From contig OX597819.1 of assembly GCA_951406725.2 (NCBI GenBank), forward strand, positions 19,406,001-19,470,000: a DNA stretch of 64,000 bases, written 5' to 3'. The notes under the pieces were generated by a model. It made no database searches, was not told the DNA's origin, and saw only the letters and a list, made by a program, of their open reading frames with translations. Position numbers and translations under genes: made by a program. This DNA is from Octopus vulgaris. Taxonomy: Eukaryota. The first letter of the stretch is position 1; every line of letters starts with the position of its first letter. Below are positions 40,053 to 55,242 of this stretch, piece after piece.

Positions 40053-40480
40053 GCACACACTAGTACATGCACACACGCACACACACAACACGCACGCACA
40101 AACACACATACGCGCACACGCAGACACACACGCACACAGATTAACACACACACACGCACACACTAGTACATGCACACACACACACTAGTATACATTCAAA
40201 CGCACACACATACAAGCACACACTGGTACATGCACACACTGGTACATGCACACACGCACACACACAACACGCACAAACACACATACACGCACACACAGAC
40301 ACACACACACACAGATACACACACACGCACACACTAGTACATGAACACATACACACACAGATACACACACACACATATGTACACATTAGTACATGCTCTC
40401 ACATACACACACATTAGTATACGCTCAAACGCACACACACACACAAGCACACTCTAGTACACGCACACATACACACATGC
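39840..40480. repeat. Degenerate (CA)n region with recurring ACTAGTAC and internal duplications
   Basis: 'cacactagtac' recurs, and the block at about 39885-39950 repeats at about 39963-40030. Confidence 0.8.
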
Positions 40481-42292
40481 ACACATAGTTGCATATATGC
40501 ACGCAGCTACTGCACCCTCCCCGTCCCCCAGTTTCCCTACACCATCAGATACATTGTACTTCGTTGCACTTCTACATAACTGCACCACAGTTCATGCATT
40601 CGCATTATCTATACATACATACACAAACACATATACCCATATACATACATATATACACATATATGCATATATATATATTACCTCATCTTCACCCCCAATG
40701 CATCGCACATGCATATTCTCTCTACGAAATGCACCTTAACGTGCATATTTCCGTGTACAACTGCACCACGTATCTCGCTTAGTCGTACATCTGCATTTCT
40801 CATCTTTAGTTGCACCATACCTCCAGCAGATCTATGCTATGTGTCTGTCAGCCGCACCAGGCTGCAGTGCACGTTGCATTTTAACACACAACTGCAACCG
40901 CGCTCTCTTTAGCTGCACCACAGTTCCTGTAGCGGAACAGATCGTGTCGTCAGAGAAATTCGTTCGCTTTTTCTGGTTCTGTTTTCGTTTTTTTTTCCAC
41001 TCGGCATTTCTTCGTCGTTGGTCTGAAAAGATAAAATTTATTCAACTTTTGGACAGAAAGTATAGTGCTACAAAAAAAAAAAAACTAACAAAAAGAAGAA
41101 AAACTATACAGCATTGGAACAGATATTTTTCGTGTTAATTGAAATAAATTGATAAAAAAAAAAGGGAAGAAAAGAAAGTGTTTTTCCAAATTTTCAATTG
41201 TTTTTGTGTATTTTAAATGCAGATGCATCATAATGTATTTTTCGGTTCTGTATTTAGTTGCGTCACACTCGCTGGAACCTTACAAATTTTTTGTACCCTT
41301 AATCATTCTAAGGGTCATTCTTCAACCTTTTTAACCTAAGGGTTCTTTTAAACTCAATAATTACACGCTGTTCTTTATAGCTGTACTTGCATCGAGATCC
41401 CGTTCCCCAAAATTATTATTCACTTATATTCGTGTCATATTTTACTGTTCACGAACCAACGATGGAGAAATGACATGGTTTGCTTGATTGTAGAAATAAC
41501 AGCCACATATCCCTCTAACTGCAACCTACCTTATAAAATAAAGAAAGTACATAAAGAAACCACAGCAAATTCCCAACACTGTTGGTATAGGAGCTCTAGT
41601 ACTCGTTCTAATTAATACAATTATATAGGTATCTGTATATCTTTTAATTACTTAATTAAATTGAGTATTTGCTTAATTTTCAACTCAGGCGAGGTGGCCT
41701 TTATCTTTCATCTTTTCGAGTAAGATGACAAAATAAAAAGATGATGTAGCCCCGAAATTGTTGGCCTTCTGCCAAAATTTGAAAGCGATATTTGCTCGGT
41801 TTAGAGTATGCCGACTGAGGTGACCACCACCACTGGTTCGGAAGCAACAGTAATCTGGAAAGGCTTCGGAAGCAAAGGTTTCCGGCAATCTCTGCTGGAC
41901 CCACATTTGGATAATGTTGTCATGGATATAAAACTTAAAAGGAAACGAGAGCTTGGTCCTTATAGGAAAGGTTTTGAGGTGAGGGCTGAACATAAGGAGT
42001 GACTTGGGGAATATTAAAGACAAAAAAAATAATTAAATAAAGGAAAGCAAACACTGCAACTATAAAAACAACAATGTGAAACGAACGGCAACTCTACCCA
42101 ACAACGTCCTGTCTTCGATTTTAATATGCCGAGCGCGCGTTTGTGTGTGTGTGAGAGAGAGAGAAACAGAGACAGAGAGAAGTTGGTATTTGTGCAAAGT
42201 ATTGTTGTTCTTTAACCCTAGGCCAGTTCTAAAGGAACTGTGATAATTTACCTTCCGAATGTGACCATTCCGTCTTATTTCTACATCCAGTA

Positions 42293-42341
<49 letters not shown>

Positions 42342-42842
42342 ATGAACGCTACATTCCTTTTAAAAGATACAAATGCATAGTGATTTGGGGATGTTAGCTG
42401 CTCTGTCGCGATCATTCTGTCTTATTTGCATATCCGAATCTAAATTATATGATGACCTTCATTAAAAAATAAAAATCTAAAAAGAAAGAGAACCATGAGT
42501 TAACACTTTAGCTGCTATATCTAGCTCATCAAACAATCACGGACAGATAAGGTATGTGCATCCGGGGTGAATGTATGTGCGTTCGGCTAAAAATGAGAGT
42601 GAATTAGTGTGAGCGATGTATAACCGTATAAGGGTGCGTGTTATGTGTACGTGTGTTTGTATACAAGTAAATATATTAATTATTGTATTTAATTATCTCC
42701 GTGAGTAAAAATTTCTGCAGATTCTATCTGCATACATTCTTGACATTTATAGTATGTGTGTGTATGTGTGTGTATGCACGTGCGTGCGTGCGCGTGAGAG
42801 CGTGTAGCTTGAGCGTGCGAAAATGCACACACATGAAGGATT

Positions 42843-43261
42843 ACTCTTTACTCTCTCTTTTACTTGTTTCAGTCATTTGACTGCGGCCATGCTGGAGCGC
42901 CGCCTTTAGTCGAGCAAATCGACCCCGGGACTTATTCTTTTGTAAGCCCAGTACTTATTCTATCGGTGTCTTTTGCCGAACCGCTAAGTGACGGGGACGT
43001 AAACACACCAGCATCGGTTGTCAAGCAATGCTGGAGGGACAAACACACACACACAAACACACACACATACACATATACACATATATATACATATATACGA
43101 CAGTCTTCTTTCAGTTTCCGCCTACCAAATCCACTCACAAGGCATTGGTCGCTCCGGGGCTATAGCAGAAGACACTTGCCCAAGATGCCATGCAGTGGGA
43201 CTGAACCCGGAACCATGTGGTTGGTTAGCAAGCTACTAACCACACAGCCACTCCTGCACCT
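42843..43261 (-). mobile_element. Full-length SINE family A (OR2-like)
   Basis: tRNA-like head (TGGCTGTGTGG, GGTTCAGTCCC), cttgggcaagtgtc core, internal (CA)/(TA) tract and (GAGTAAAA)-like tail. Confidence 0.9.
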
Positions 43262-43439
43262 ATTGGTTGTATTTTTTCTCAACGTATAGAAGCATATGTA
43301 TATTTCTGAGGGTATGTTTGTGTACGTGTGTATTTGTGTGTGTGTGTGTTTTCGAGTGTATGTTTGTATATGAGTTCTACACTCATACTATATATGTGTT
43401 TGTGATTAATGGGTCCTTGAATGCGTAAATTCACACGAA

Positions 43440-43612
43440 TGTGTTAGCTGTGTGGAAAGACGTTTGGATCCACCCCCCCCGCAACCACATATTCCCAGTT
43501 TCAGTCTCACTGTATGGCACACCTTGCGTAATTGTCTTCTGTAATAGCCTGGTACCGACAAAAACTTCGTGAGTGGTTTTAGTAGAAGGAAACTGTAAGA
43601 AGCTCGTCGTAC
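43440..43612 (+). mobile_element. Degenerate SINE family A, 5' half
   Basis: gtttcagtctcactgtatggcac...gtcttctgtaatagcctgg...ggaaactgtaagaagctcgtcgta. Confidence 0.6.
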
Positions 43613-43636
43613 ATATATATATTTTTATTTGTATAT

Positions 43637-43834
43637 TCTTTTATTTCTTTCAGTCATTTGACTGTGGCCATACTGGAGCACCATATTCAGTCGAGGAAAT
43701 CGACCCCAGGACTTATAGTTTGTAAGCGTAGCACTTATTTAGCACTTATTCTGTCAGTGTCTTTTGCTGAACTGCTAAGTTATGGGGGACATGAACACAA
43801 CAACATCGGTTGTCAAAGCGATGGAGGGGGGCAA

Positions 43835-43870
<36 letters not shown>

Positions 43871-44029
43871 GTATACGACGGGCTACTTTCAATTTCCGTC
43901 TAGCAAATCCGCTCACAAGACTTTGGTCAGCGCGAAGCTATAGCAGAAGACACTTGCCCAAGATGCCATGCAGTGGGACTGAACCCAGAAGCATGTGGTT
44001 GGGAAGCATGCTTCTTACCACAAAGCCAT
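43637..44029 (-). mobile_element. SINE family A, near full-length
   Basis: Colinear with 42843-43261. Confidence 0.85.
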
Positions 44030-44109
44030 AAAGTGACACAACATCCTGTAATATGTGAAATTGCAAACATTTTCTCTTGTATATTTTTTATCTCTTTTCA
44101 GGAGGCAGA

Positions 44110-44665
44110 TAATTAACAAGGTGGGCGCAAGGTAATGGTGTTGTGTGGGATTTGTCACAATCAAGTAATCGGACCCTTTTATATTGAGGGCTCTGGGGCA
44201 GGCGAATCGTATCTTGACATGCCTGGCAGCAAGATGATGTCTCACGTGCATTGCATTCCCCTGGAACAGGAAATTCTTTCTGGTATCAGTAGGATGGGTC
44301 TTCGACCCATTTTCCATTACAGCTTCGGCATTTACTGAACAAACATTTTCCAAGGAGATAACTCGGATGTCGCGGGCCAATTGAATGGGCACCATGGTCA
44401 CCAGTTTAAACTCCCATGGACTTTTCTCTTCTGGGGCTACATTAAACCTCTTGTGTATTTTGGAAAGTTTCGTGACCAAGAACATCTTCAATGTCAACGG
44501 CAATGAAAAGTTATTCGAGAGGGCTTATCACCATAACAAATTCCATATGAACACTTGTTTAGAGCCACATGGCCAACACTATGAACATTTGTAATGGATT
44601 GTCTACTTCATTGCTAATAAAGCATACTTGATATCTCCTATTGTGTGTGATTAGTGGCCACCCTG
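44110..44665 (+). pseudogene. Decayed Tc1/mariner-superfamily transposase C-terminus with right TIR
   Basis: KVMVLCGI...IGPFYIEG, WYQ*DG, WAPWSP..TPMDF..WGYIK and GQHYEHL*. Ends ...ggccaccctg|TA. Confidence 0.8.
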
Positions 44666-44682
44666 TAAATACACACACACAT

Positions 44683-44740
<58 letters not shown>

Positions 44741-45495
44741 ATATGTATGTATGTATGTATATGTATATGTATATATTTCGGTTTTGGTTTTGGTTTGCAA
44801 AATTCTTTATATGAGTTCGTGTGTTGAAGCATATTCTATTTTGTCTGGAGAATCATTTTCTTTTTGTGCCTCATTATGTAACACACTCACAGGTAAAATT
44901 TCCACGTTCTTCTTATTTTTATTGTCCTAAAATTTTCGTTGCGTCTTGCAACCTTTTCAATAGTTTTGACTGTCTGTTATTTTCACTGCGTTCCCTTTTT
45001 GTTTGTTTGCGCGCATGTGTGCGGGTCAGTGTGTGTGTGTGTGCCTATACATGCATGCATGTACGTACGTATGTAAGTGTGTGTGTGTTTGCATGTGTAT
45101 GTATATATGTGTGTGTATGCATATGTATATATGTATGTATGTGTGTGCATCTGTATGTAAGTATCCTGCATATTTATGTGCTTGCACGTCCGTGTTTGTG
45201 TATTTTCTATGTACGTGTGTGTGAGCCTGTGTTTGTATATGTATGCACCGCTGTCTCCTTGTGTGTGCATGCCTGTATGCGTGTGTGTTATGCAACAATG
45301 TACCATGTTTGTATGTATGGATGTGCATCATCATATGTGTGGATCCGTGTCTCCATATGTGTCTGTTCTTATAGCCTATGTACCTATCTGTCTGTACCAT
45401 TCATACCGATAAGGAAAATCCCGATGTAGCAGGCAGGCAGGCGTACATGTGTTAACGAACCAAAATTGACAGGACGTTTAAGTCCATATACTCAC

Positions 45496-45587
45496 TTCCT
45501 TTGGTGTAATAGTGGGTGATGGGTGTAGTGACGAACGAAAGACAGACAGCAGGACACGTGACACCCCATGACACCGAATGCTGTGCC
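45496..45587 (-). other. Candidate 92-nt spliced exon of an unidentified gene
   Basis: Long pyrimidine tract plus TTAG acceptor, and a GAA|GTGAGT donor. Higher complexity than the flanks and no stop in any of the three frames. Confidence 0.4.
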
Positions 45588-46214
45588 CTAACAAGGATGA
45601 GACCAAAAGCAAAAAAAATAGAGCAGAGGAGGAGAACATACTCTCAATACCGGGTTACCCGTCAATATGGCTTATAAGACATTAACCATCTGCGAACAAC
45701 ATGATTGTCATGGAAGGAAAGTTTGTATAAGTTTTGAAAATCAAATGAACATCACGACATCTAATAACGTTTTTTGTTTATAGAATTATGATGATTATTT
45801 TGCCCTACGGCCATTTAAATCTGAATATATAATTTATTTTATATGTTTATTGGACCAAAGTTGAGACAGGTCATTATTTTCCTTACACACCACAACAAAA
45901 CATCATCTCACCGCTGCCACCACCGCTACCGCACATACCACTACCGTACACGCACATACACACGCACACACACATCAACGCACATGTGTGCACTCGTGCG
46001 TTTGCATATATATGTTTACTTACAACTATATTCTCATATATATACACACGCAAATACATACAAGTACATATATGTGTGTGTTTGTATGTATATATGTATG
46101 TATGCATATATATGTGTGTAAACACATATATATATATCTATATACAAAACCATATACATATGCATATATACACATATGTACATACTGTACTTACACACAC
46201 ATATAAATATACAC

Positions 46215-46298
<84 letters not shown>

Positions 46299-46965
46299 TT
46301 ATATAAATTTACAGACCAGGAATGGAGTTTATTTTGATTTCATACACATACATACAAACGTACGCACATACAAACATTCAAACATAGATAAATATATATT
46401 TATAAATATAAATATCCAATGTATATGAATGTATGATATAAAGATGTATGTTTCTATGTATATTCATATATACATATACATATACCTACATACGTACATA
46501 CACATGTACACACGCACGCACACACTTACATATATACGTGCGTATATAATTATATACGTATAACCATCTTAATTTATGATGAACATTTCAATTTTTCTAA
46601 TGAAGCCAATCGATAGTGAAATCTAGGAATTTTCTCCAAGAATTTGTTTTCTCTTCAAGATTTTGAAATGAAGTGAAATCGAAAGTAAATTGACCGTATT
46701 TCATTAGACATTCCAGGAATCCTATAATTGAGGCTTTTTTTTTTTCGAAACATCATCAAGTTCCTTCTATGTATGTATGTATGTATGTATGTATGTATGT
46801 ATGTATGTATGTATGTATGTATGTATGTATGTATGTATGTGTGTGTGTGTGTGTGTGTTTGTGTGTGTATGTGTCATTTTGAATGCATGTATGTATTTAT
46901 GTATGAACGTATGAACTTAAATTTGTATGTATGTTGTTATGTATGTCAGCCTGAAAAGCTATATG

Positions 46966-47007
<42 letters not shown>

Positions 47008-47042
47008 AATATGTATATATATATGTGTGTGTATGTGTATGA

Positions 47043-47100
<58 letters not shown>

Positions 47101-47111
47101 GCATATGTATA

Positions 47112-47265
47112 TACCGGAATAAGCACACAAATGTGAAACAAGATGGGAAAAAGAGTAGTCAAATACCAGGGATAGAGTAATATTGTTTATTTAAAAGCAG
47201 CAGAAATATCATCTGTTACTCAGAGGTTCACGTTCCCGTTTGTCAGACAGTTTTGTTAGAATGGA
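47112..47265 (-). mobile_element. Short dispersed repeat carrying a hammerhead-like motif (47213-47250)
   Basis: Homologous to 31401-31480 and 21061-21160. Minus strand reads ctgt-CTGACAA-ACG-ggaa-CGT-GAAC-CTCtGAG-TA-acag. Confidence 0.65.
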
Positions 47266-47959
47266 ACAGAAACAATAATATAATCAAACAAACCTAAAAT
47301 AAAAGCTAGTTTAAAGGATGCACATCTGAAAATGGTTTTATATGTATGCATGTGTGTGTGTGTTCGTGTATTTTTGTGTGTGCATGTATCATTGTGTATA
47401 CTTGGATATCTATACACATATATCTATATATTTATCTACCTATCTAGCACGCAAACACATACATACACACACATACATGCACACACACATACATACAAAC
47501 ACACACAATGGCACAAACCTATCGAGAGATAGAATGAGAGCGATACAGAGGCAGTATTAATACCCAAAACTAAAATATTCAGCACTTAAGAATGGATGTT
47601 GCGTTAGAACAGACAAATACTGCAATATTTAACAAGAAAGAAAATTCTCATATGAGTATATGGTGCATAAAAGCATGCCATAGTTTCCGCCAGCGGCAGA
47701 CAATCACCGCTATTTCTGCCACTCGAACTATCAGATCATGATTTTGCCTTTCCAATGATGAACAGCAATCCTTTGTATACATACGTGTATTGGTATACAT
47801 ATGTAGTACGGGTACACAAACCGTGCCATTTTTAAGGTAATTCAGTTAATAAAACCAGTTTACATATTTCTTGTTTTTTATTCTTTTCTTTTACGATTCT
47901 CCTTTTACTTGTAACTACAAGTTTTCTTTTTTGAAAGCCATAAAAAATTATTTTTGTGT

Positions 47960-48395
<436 letters not shown>

Positions 48396-48696
48396 TGCAT
48401 ATGTGTATATGCATATATGGGTACATGACGTCACAGTCGATGCAAATAACATACACACGAGTGATAGATACAAGATGTGCACAGTAACTACTGGAAAAAA
48501 AACGAGTGAAATACGTAAACAGCGAGAAATAAAAATGGACAACAGGACAAGTTAACAGAGAAAGAGGACCCTTCGTCAGTTGTCGGCTGTCTATCTACTT
48601 CTCATCTCGAGCATTCATACTACAATATGAGTCTTCAAAGGCAGTAGCTCCCATAAATTTTAAAATAAAACTCATTCAGAGACATGATATTCATGT

Positions 48697-48897
48697 TTTG
48701 GCACAAGAACAGAAAGTTCGGGGGTGGGGGCGGTTAAATCAATTTCATCGATCGCAGCATTCAAATGGCATTTATTTTATCTACCCCGAAAGGCTGAAAG
48801 GCAAATTCGACCTCGGCGGAATTTGAACTCAGAAAGTAAGGACGGACGAAATGCTGCTAAGCATCTAGACCGGCGTGCCATCCATTCTGTCGCCTTA
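48697..48897 (-). mobile_element. Degenerate SINE family B
   Basis: ccccgaaaggctgaaaggcaaattcgacctcggcggaatttgaactcagaa. Confidence 0.75.
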
Positions 48898-50150
48898 ACT
48901 CGGTCATCGATAGTAAAATCAGAAATTAACCAACACAAGAAATATCCTTTTCGAAACCTTTTGAATGGTAAGATATGTTTTCAAAACAATCAACAAATAA
49001 CCAAACGTCGCTTTTCATTTGCGAATCAAATATGTATTCACTAAGCAAAAAATTTCATGCAAAATGGCAAGGAATTCGTCGCTGTGTATTCTACGAGTGA
49101 GGATCAAATATACACAGACGGGGATGCTACACAATAACCCTTTGCCTTTTTACTTGTCTTCTATCTAAATTGCAATTGCACTTAATACCGGTGCAGAATC
49201 ATTCAAAGTTTTTTAGTTAAAATTTCATTTACCCAAAAAGGTAATAAACTAAATAACTTCATGCGTGAATAACATCAAGAAGATACGGAATATGTAGCTG
49301 GTCGATCGATTTGATAGAGTTTGTCGCCATGACCCCTTCAAATTAGGCGGTACTGATTATAAAATACAACGCCACGTTGGTTACTGTAATACTGAGATTC
49401 CTAATCGTGACTGTTACGGATGGAAATCTTTTGATTCTATATTAGTTTCAACAGGGTTTATCCGAGCTAAAAAAAAAAAACAATTTCGGTCACGGACCCA
49501 ATAATGGACATTTAGAAAATGGTAGACGGAAATGGAATTATGAAGATTACGTTTTTCTGGAAGTATAAGCTGAAACTTAAACAGAAATATAAAAAAATGC
49601 CTCTGTTGGCTGGAAATAAAACAATGCAGATATTTACTGTGTATAATATAGATATAGCCAATTTATATACGAGCAGGCATACGTGTATGTATACATACAT
49701 ACACCAAGGATAGTAATTCACACAATCATAGATACACCCATACGTACGTATACGTGGCAACGTGCATACAAGAAGACATTCGTAAATAAATGTAGTTAAA
49801 TGTGTGTGTGTGTGTGTGTGTATGTGTGTGTGTGTGTGTGTGTGTAGTCACATAAAGAAATATATGCATTTGCACATACTAAAATAGATACTTGAATACA
49901 CACCGATGGTTATAAGGACAACATTGTACATACATGTACATTCGCTCATAACACACTACGCAGTACCAGGATATATGTAAGAAAACAGATGCAAAGAATA
50001 TATATACACGTAGATCGACGAACTGACATTTATACACACGCCTTTAGTGTATACATGCATGTAGGCATGTATGTTTATCTGTATGTATACGTACACGTAA
50101 ATTTATTAATGTGTATCTCGCCCTCTCTTTCTCTCTCTCTCTCCATTATG

Positions 50151-50201
<51 letters not shown>

Positions 50202-50971
50202 GTGTCTGTGCGTGTGTGTGTATGCATATATACACACATTTGTATATTTATGTATGTGTTTCTATGTATGTACGCCAGGAGAAATGTAGTCGCCATTATG
50301 GGTATTGAGACTACTGTTGAAAGATGAATGAAAAACTAGAAAAAAGAAATAAATAGCAATCTACTATTGAATTCTAAAGCTCACATCAGCCAATAGTCAA
50401 AGGAATGCATTATGTTGAAATGTTCCTGCACTGAGATGAATAATGTTGTTTAATTCTTCTGCTAATTGAATCCAAAACTTGATGATAGCATCTGCTGAAG
50501 TTTTCAACCATCACCTGAACAAGATTCTATCTCACGTCTCTATAGAGATATCTTCAGCAAACTCCAAACTGTCAGCATCTGAATAATGAACCATCACACG
50601 AAAAGCGAACACCAAGGGAGCTTCGATGTGCTTGTTCATTCATGCTAGAAATCTTATATAAAACATTGGGTATATTCTTTAAAACAGGGATGTATAAATC
50701 GGAAACTTTAGTTCCAAGTACAAAAAATATAGCAGGATGATCAGAGTATATGACACCATCTATTTGTGGCTGAAACGAAGAAATCTACAAACGTAAAACA
50801 AGAGAAAGATACTTGACTATAGAGAAGATAGGTGTAGACATGGCTGCGAGAATCCCAATTTGGAACCGATTAATTTCGGCTTCATCCTCTCTGCATCACA
50901 AATCGAACAGGTACCGTCTATTCAACGCTTGAATCGATCAATGCTTTACCAAAGAATTCAGAAGAAGGATT

Positions 50972-51205
50972 TATGTGGAAGCCACATGGCTCGATGATTA
51001 GAAATGTCCCATGACTCGGTGGTTAGAAATGTGTGGAAGCCACAAATCTCGATGGTTAGAAGTTTGTTTACCAGCCACATGGTTCGGTAGTTAATGTGTG
51101 GAAGCCACATGGATCGGCGGTTAGAAATGTGTGGTAGACACATGGCTCGGTGGTTAGAAATGTGTGGAAGCCACATGGTTCGGGTTCAGTCTTACTGTGT
51201 GCCAC
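50972..51205 (+). repeat. 33-bp tandem repeat (about 6 units) derived from the SINE family A head
   Basis: Unit gccacatggctcggtggttagaaatgtgtggaa, running into ...catggttcgggttcagtcttactgtgtg. Confidence 0.75.
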
Positions 51206-51947
51206 ATTTTCATTTCCTAATTATTAATGGTTGTTTTCACGTGGACACGCTTCGATGTCAGGGTTACATATCACATATGCTCCCACTACACATGTCGCAG
51301 AACAAGGTGCAGGTTTCTTGCCGGTTCAACCGACATGGTGTGCAGATTGCAATATATATATATCTAACGGTCCTCTCTTCCTAAGGATTTAGCGGTCCTT
51401 TATTAAACCACATAACAGAAGATGTGGCGAAACCAGCTATTTAAAATTTAATGCAGTTCTGACGACAAACTCTGCACAGTTTCTTTCAACCCACATTCAG
51501 TGCGATGTTTTGGGTCCAACAGTAACCCAATTTTCCTGCATAATCGAAACTACTTTATAATTGGCAAATGATCTCCTTACCGAGCAGCAATGCCAGATTT
51601 TTAGCACATCCCATGTATCTTTATACGCATTATGTCATTTCCCATGGACTCATTGCTTTAACACTTCCGCATTCGTATCTTCCATTTAAACCAACTCGGA
51701 CGAGTGTACAGCAACGCAACCGATTGAAATTGCTCGAATATTTCATCTTATAATCGTTTGATTTTCTTTAAAACGAATGCAGGGTATACAAAGTGAGATA
51801 TCACAGAATATGTGTAAAACAAAACGTTAGGAGGATGGTTACAAAAAGTTCTCTTTCATTTCTCGACGTGTTAAAAGCTGGTTTGTTGTTTAACAACAGC
51901 AATACATATATTCATTATACACAAAGAAATCTAAATAAATATTAGTT

Positions 51948-52152
51948 TCTAATTTGGGTCTAAGATCACCAAGTTCGGGTGAGGGGGCTAATTTATTACC
52001 CGACCCTAGTTCTCAGCGGGTATTTATTTTATCTACTGGTTGAAGGATGAAAGGCAAAATCAACCTCGCTGGAATTGGAACGATGAACATAAATACGGAC
52101 GAAATACCCGTACGCCTTTCATCACGCATTAATGATCCTACCAGTTCGCCTT
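51948..52152 (-). mobile_element. Degenerate SINE family B
   Basis: gaaggatgaaaggcaaaatcaacctcgctggaattggaac...ccagttcgcct. Confidence 0.7.
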
Positions 52153-53297
52153 CTTGGAAGATAAAGAAAATAACTATTGCAAACACATAATGCAGAAAAC
52201 CAGCACCACCACAAACAACAACAACAACAACAACATCATTAGTATCAGGAATACATCTTTCTTATACACTGGGAAGAAACAAACAAAGTTATACAAATTC
52301 ATCACGCATAAAGAAAAGAAAAAAAAATAACACTTGCACACAGCAGCATGGTGAAAACGAAACTAGAATCTAATCATTGCAACGACAACAGCCAAATCAA
52401 CTGCAGCAGCAACAACAACATAGAGAAAAGAAATACGGAAGCAAGTATGAAATCAATGACAGCCATATTCCACAAAGATGCATGCATTCCACATATATAA
52501 GTATTAAAAGGATAATTCATTTAAAACACACATCACATACAGAAAGACTATGTGTGTGTGTGGAGAGATAGAGAGAAAGATAGAGATAGATAGAGAGATA
52601 GAGGGAGAGATAGAGGGAGAGAGAAAGAGAGAGAGTGAGAGATCATATATTATAGAGAAAAACACAAATAAACCGACAAAACACACACAGAATGAGAGAA
52701 ATAAAGGAAAGAAAAATATAGAAAACATTCCAGAGAATCCATCCAAGTCTAGACACCATAGAATTGGGGAATCTTTACAATCTTTATTGGTAAAAGTGAT
52801 TACTGGAACAGAACACATAAGAAATAACGATAAAAATATGTAAAAGGCGGATAATAAATATATAAAAAAAAAACTGGGGGTAAAGCATTTGATTGCAATA
52901 GTATTACAAATAACTTAGTGCGGTGTTGGTTCTCAAGAAAGGATTCGGTTCGTTCAATGGCTCTGTAGAAAAAGGAGGTTAGTGTTATTATAAAGCCACA
53001 CGTATACTACGCGTGTGCGAATGTACGCATGCGCACACACGAGCATACACTCACTCACGTGCCCCACGTATATATGAACAGCTACAACTGTTGTGTATGC
53101 GAACGCACAAGTGTGCACAGGCATAGATATGTATGTGTGTAAATGTATGTGTGTATATGTGTGTGACTATGCGCATATGTGTGTGGTGTGTGTAGAATGT
53201 ATATACGTGCATATACAAGTGTGTGTATGTGCGTTTGTAATTATATGTGCGTGTATATATATATACATATATATATACAAACACACACACACACATT

Positions 53298-53340
<43 letters not shown>

Positions 53341-53492
53341 ATATATATATACATATATATATATGTGTGTGAGTGTGTGTGTGTGTGTGTGAGTGTGAGT
53401 AGATACATGTGTCTGCTAGATATGTACACAAATACACATGCATACGTATATATATGTGTGTGTGTGTGTTTTTATACGTACATATATACACT

Positions 53493-53548
<56 letters not shown>

Positions 53549-53922
53549 AGGATGCATATATTTATGTGTGTGCATATACATCTGTGTAACTGTCTGCATA
53601 TGTGTATGTGTGTGTCGTTACGTATGTATGTGTGTGTGAATATATGTTTATTACTATATGCTTATGTGTGGGAATGTGTGTCGCCAGTGCGTGCGTTCGT
53701 GTTAGTGTTTTTCTTTTTCGTGGCGTTTATGTTCTACGTCCCGAATGAGTGATTCTTGTAAGAATCTATGCAACTCTAAACCTACATCTTTATATTCTAA
53801 AGTGTTCCCATTATATGCTCCATGCATCATTGAATACACCGACAAGAAATAGGTCACGGTTACTTCACATATATTTATTACTTATATTTTTGTCCACCAA
53901 CTATATATCGCAGCTCCGTCTG

Positions 53923-53987
<65 letters not shown>

Positions 53988-53988
53988 A

Positions 53989-54037
<49 letters not shown>

Positions 54038-54097
54038 GTCTATCTATCTATATATCTATCTATCTGTCTGTCTGTCTATATATACATGCCTATATAC

Positions 54098-54234
<137 letters not shown>

Positions 54235-54749
54235 ATAAATATATATTTAAACACAAACACATACACATTCACACACACATATATTATTCTTAGTATTAAT
54301 ATTTTCATCATCATCATCCTCACCATCGCTATTATAATTTGTAATGGATGCACTTCTGCAAGAAAGCTACACTAAGGGAATGGTTTTTAATTTGATTTTC
54401 GTTATTCTTTTTATTCTTTTTTTTTTTTTTTTCGAGATATTCCACTGAGACCATTTAGCCTAATTATATATATATATGCACACACACACAGGTTTTCCTG
54501 TGTATACATTCCGGAATCCCGTTCGTTAACCAGATTCTTTGTTTCATGAACAAATAGACATCCATACAAACAAGGATAATACCTTCCATGCCACACCCAT
54601 TCTTCATGCAAAGAAGTGAAATCTTTTATTTTTTCCCTTTCCAACAATTGCAACCACATAAACACTTATAAATCTGTGAGTGTATATGCGTGTGTGTGGG
54701 CGCCTTTCCTGTTTCTCTTGCTTCTGTCGATTCATGGTAAACGTTTCTA

Positions 54750-55095
54750 GCAAGGAACGGCTTCATTCCCACTGCGTGGCACCTTGGACGAGTGTCTTCT
54801 TCTATAGCCTCGGGCCGACCAAAGCCTAGTCAGTGGATTTGGTAGACGGAAACTGAAAGAAGCCCTTCGTATATAGATATGTATATATATGCGTGCGTTT
54901 GTTTGTCTGTGTTTGTCCCGCCACCATCGCTTGACAACCTATGCTGGTGTGTTTATGTTCCCGTAAATTAGCGGGTCAGCAAAGAGTCCGATAGAATAAT
55001 TACTTGGCTTATAGAGTTCTGGAGTTGGTTTGTTCGACTGAAGGCAATGCTTCAGCAGAGCCGCACTCAAATGACTGTAACAGATAAAAGAATAA
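54750..55095 (+). mobile_element. SINE family A with damaged head
   Basis: cccactgcgtggcaccttgg...ggtagacggaaactgaaagaagcc...ccgatagaataa. Confidence 0.85.
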
Positions 55096-55242
55096 ATTCG
55101 CACTTCGAATTCAACATACTAATTACAGATACTCCCCCAACCACACATATGTGCTTCAAAGGTTAGCTCCTTCGCTGAATATCATTGTATTTAGAAAACT
55201 GTTCGCTATCCCGTCAGCCTCTCTACTTACTCTTCGTTACGA

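Noticed and set aside
41808-42002. 64-aa ORF of normal complexity
   Set aside because: No recognisable domain or splice signals, and it is adjacent to a decayed SINE fragment.
52720-52802. Minus-strand exon candidate (acceptor ttctgttccag; ITFTNKDCKDSPILWCLDLDGFSG)
   Set aside because: No convincing GT donor and no recognisable peptide.
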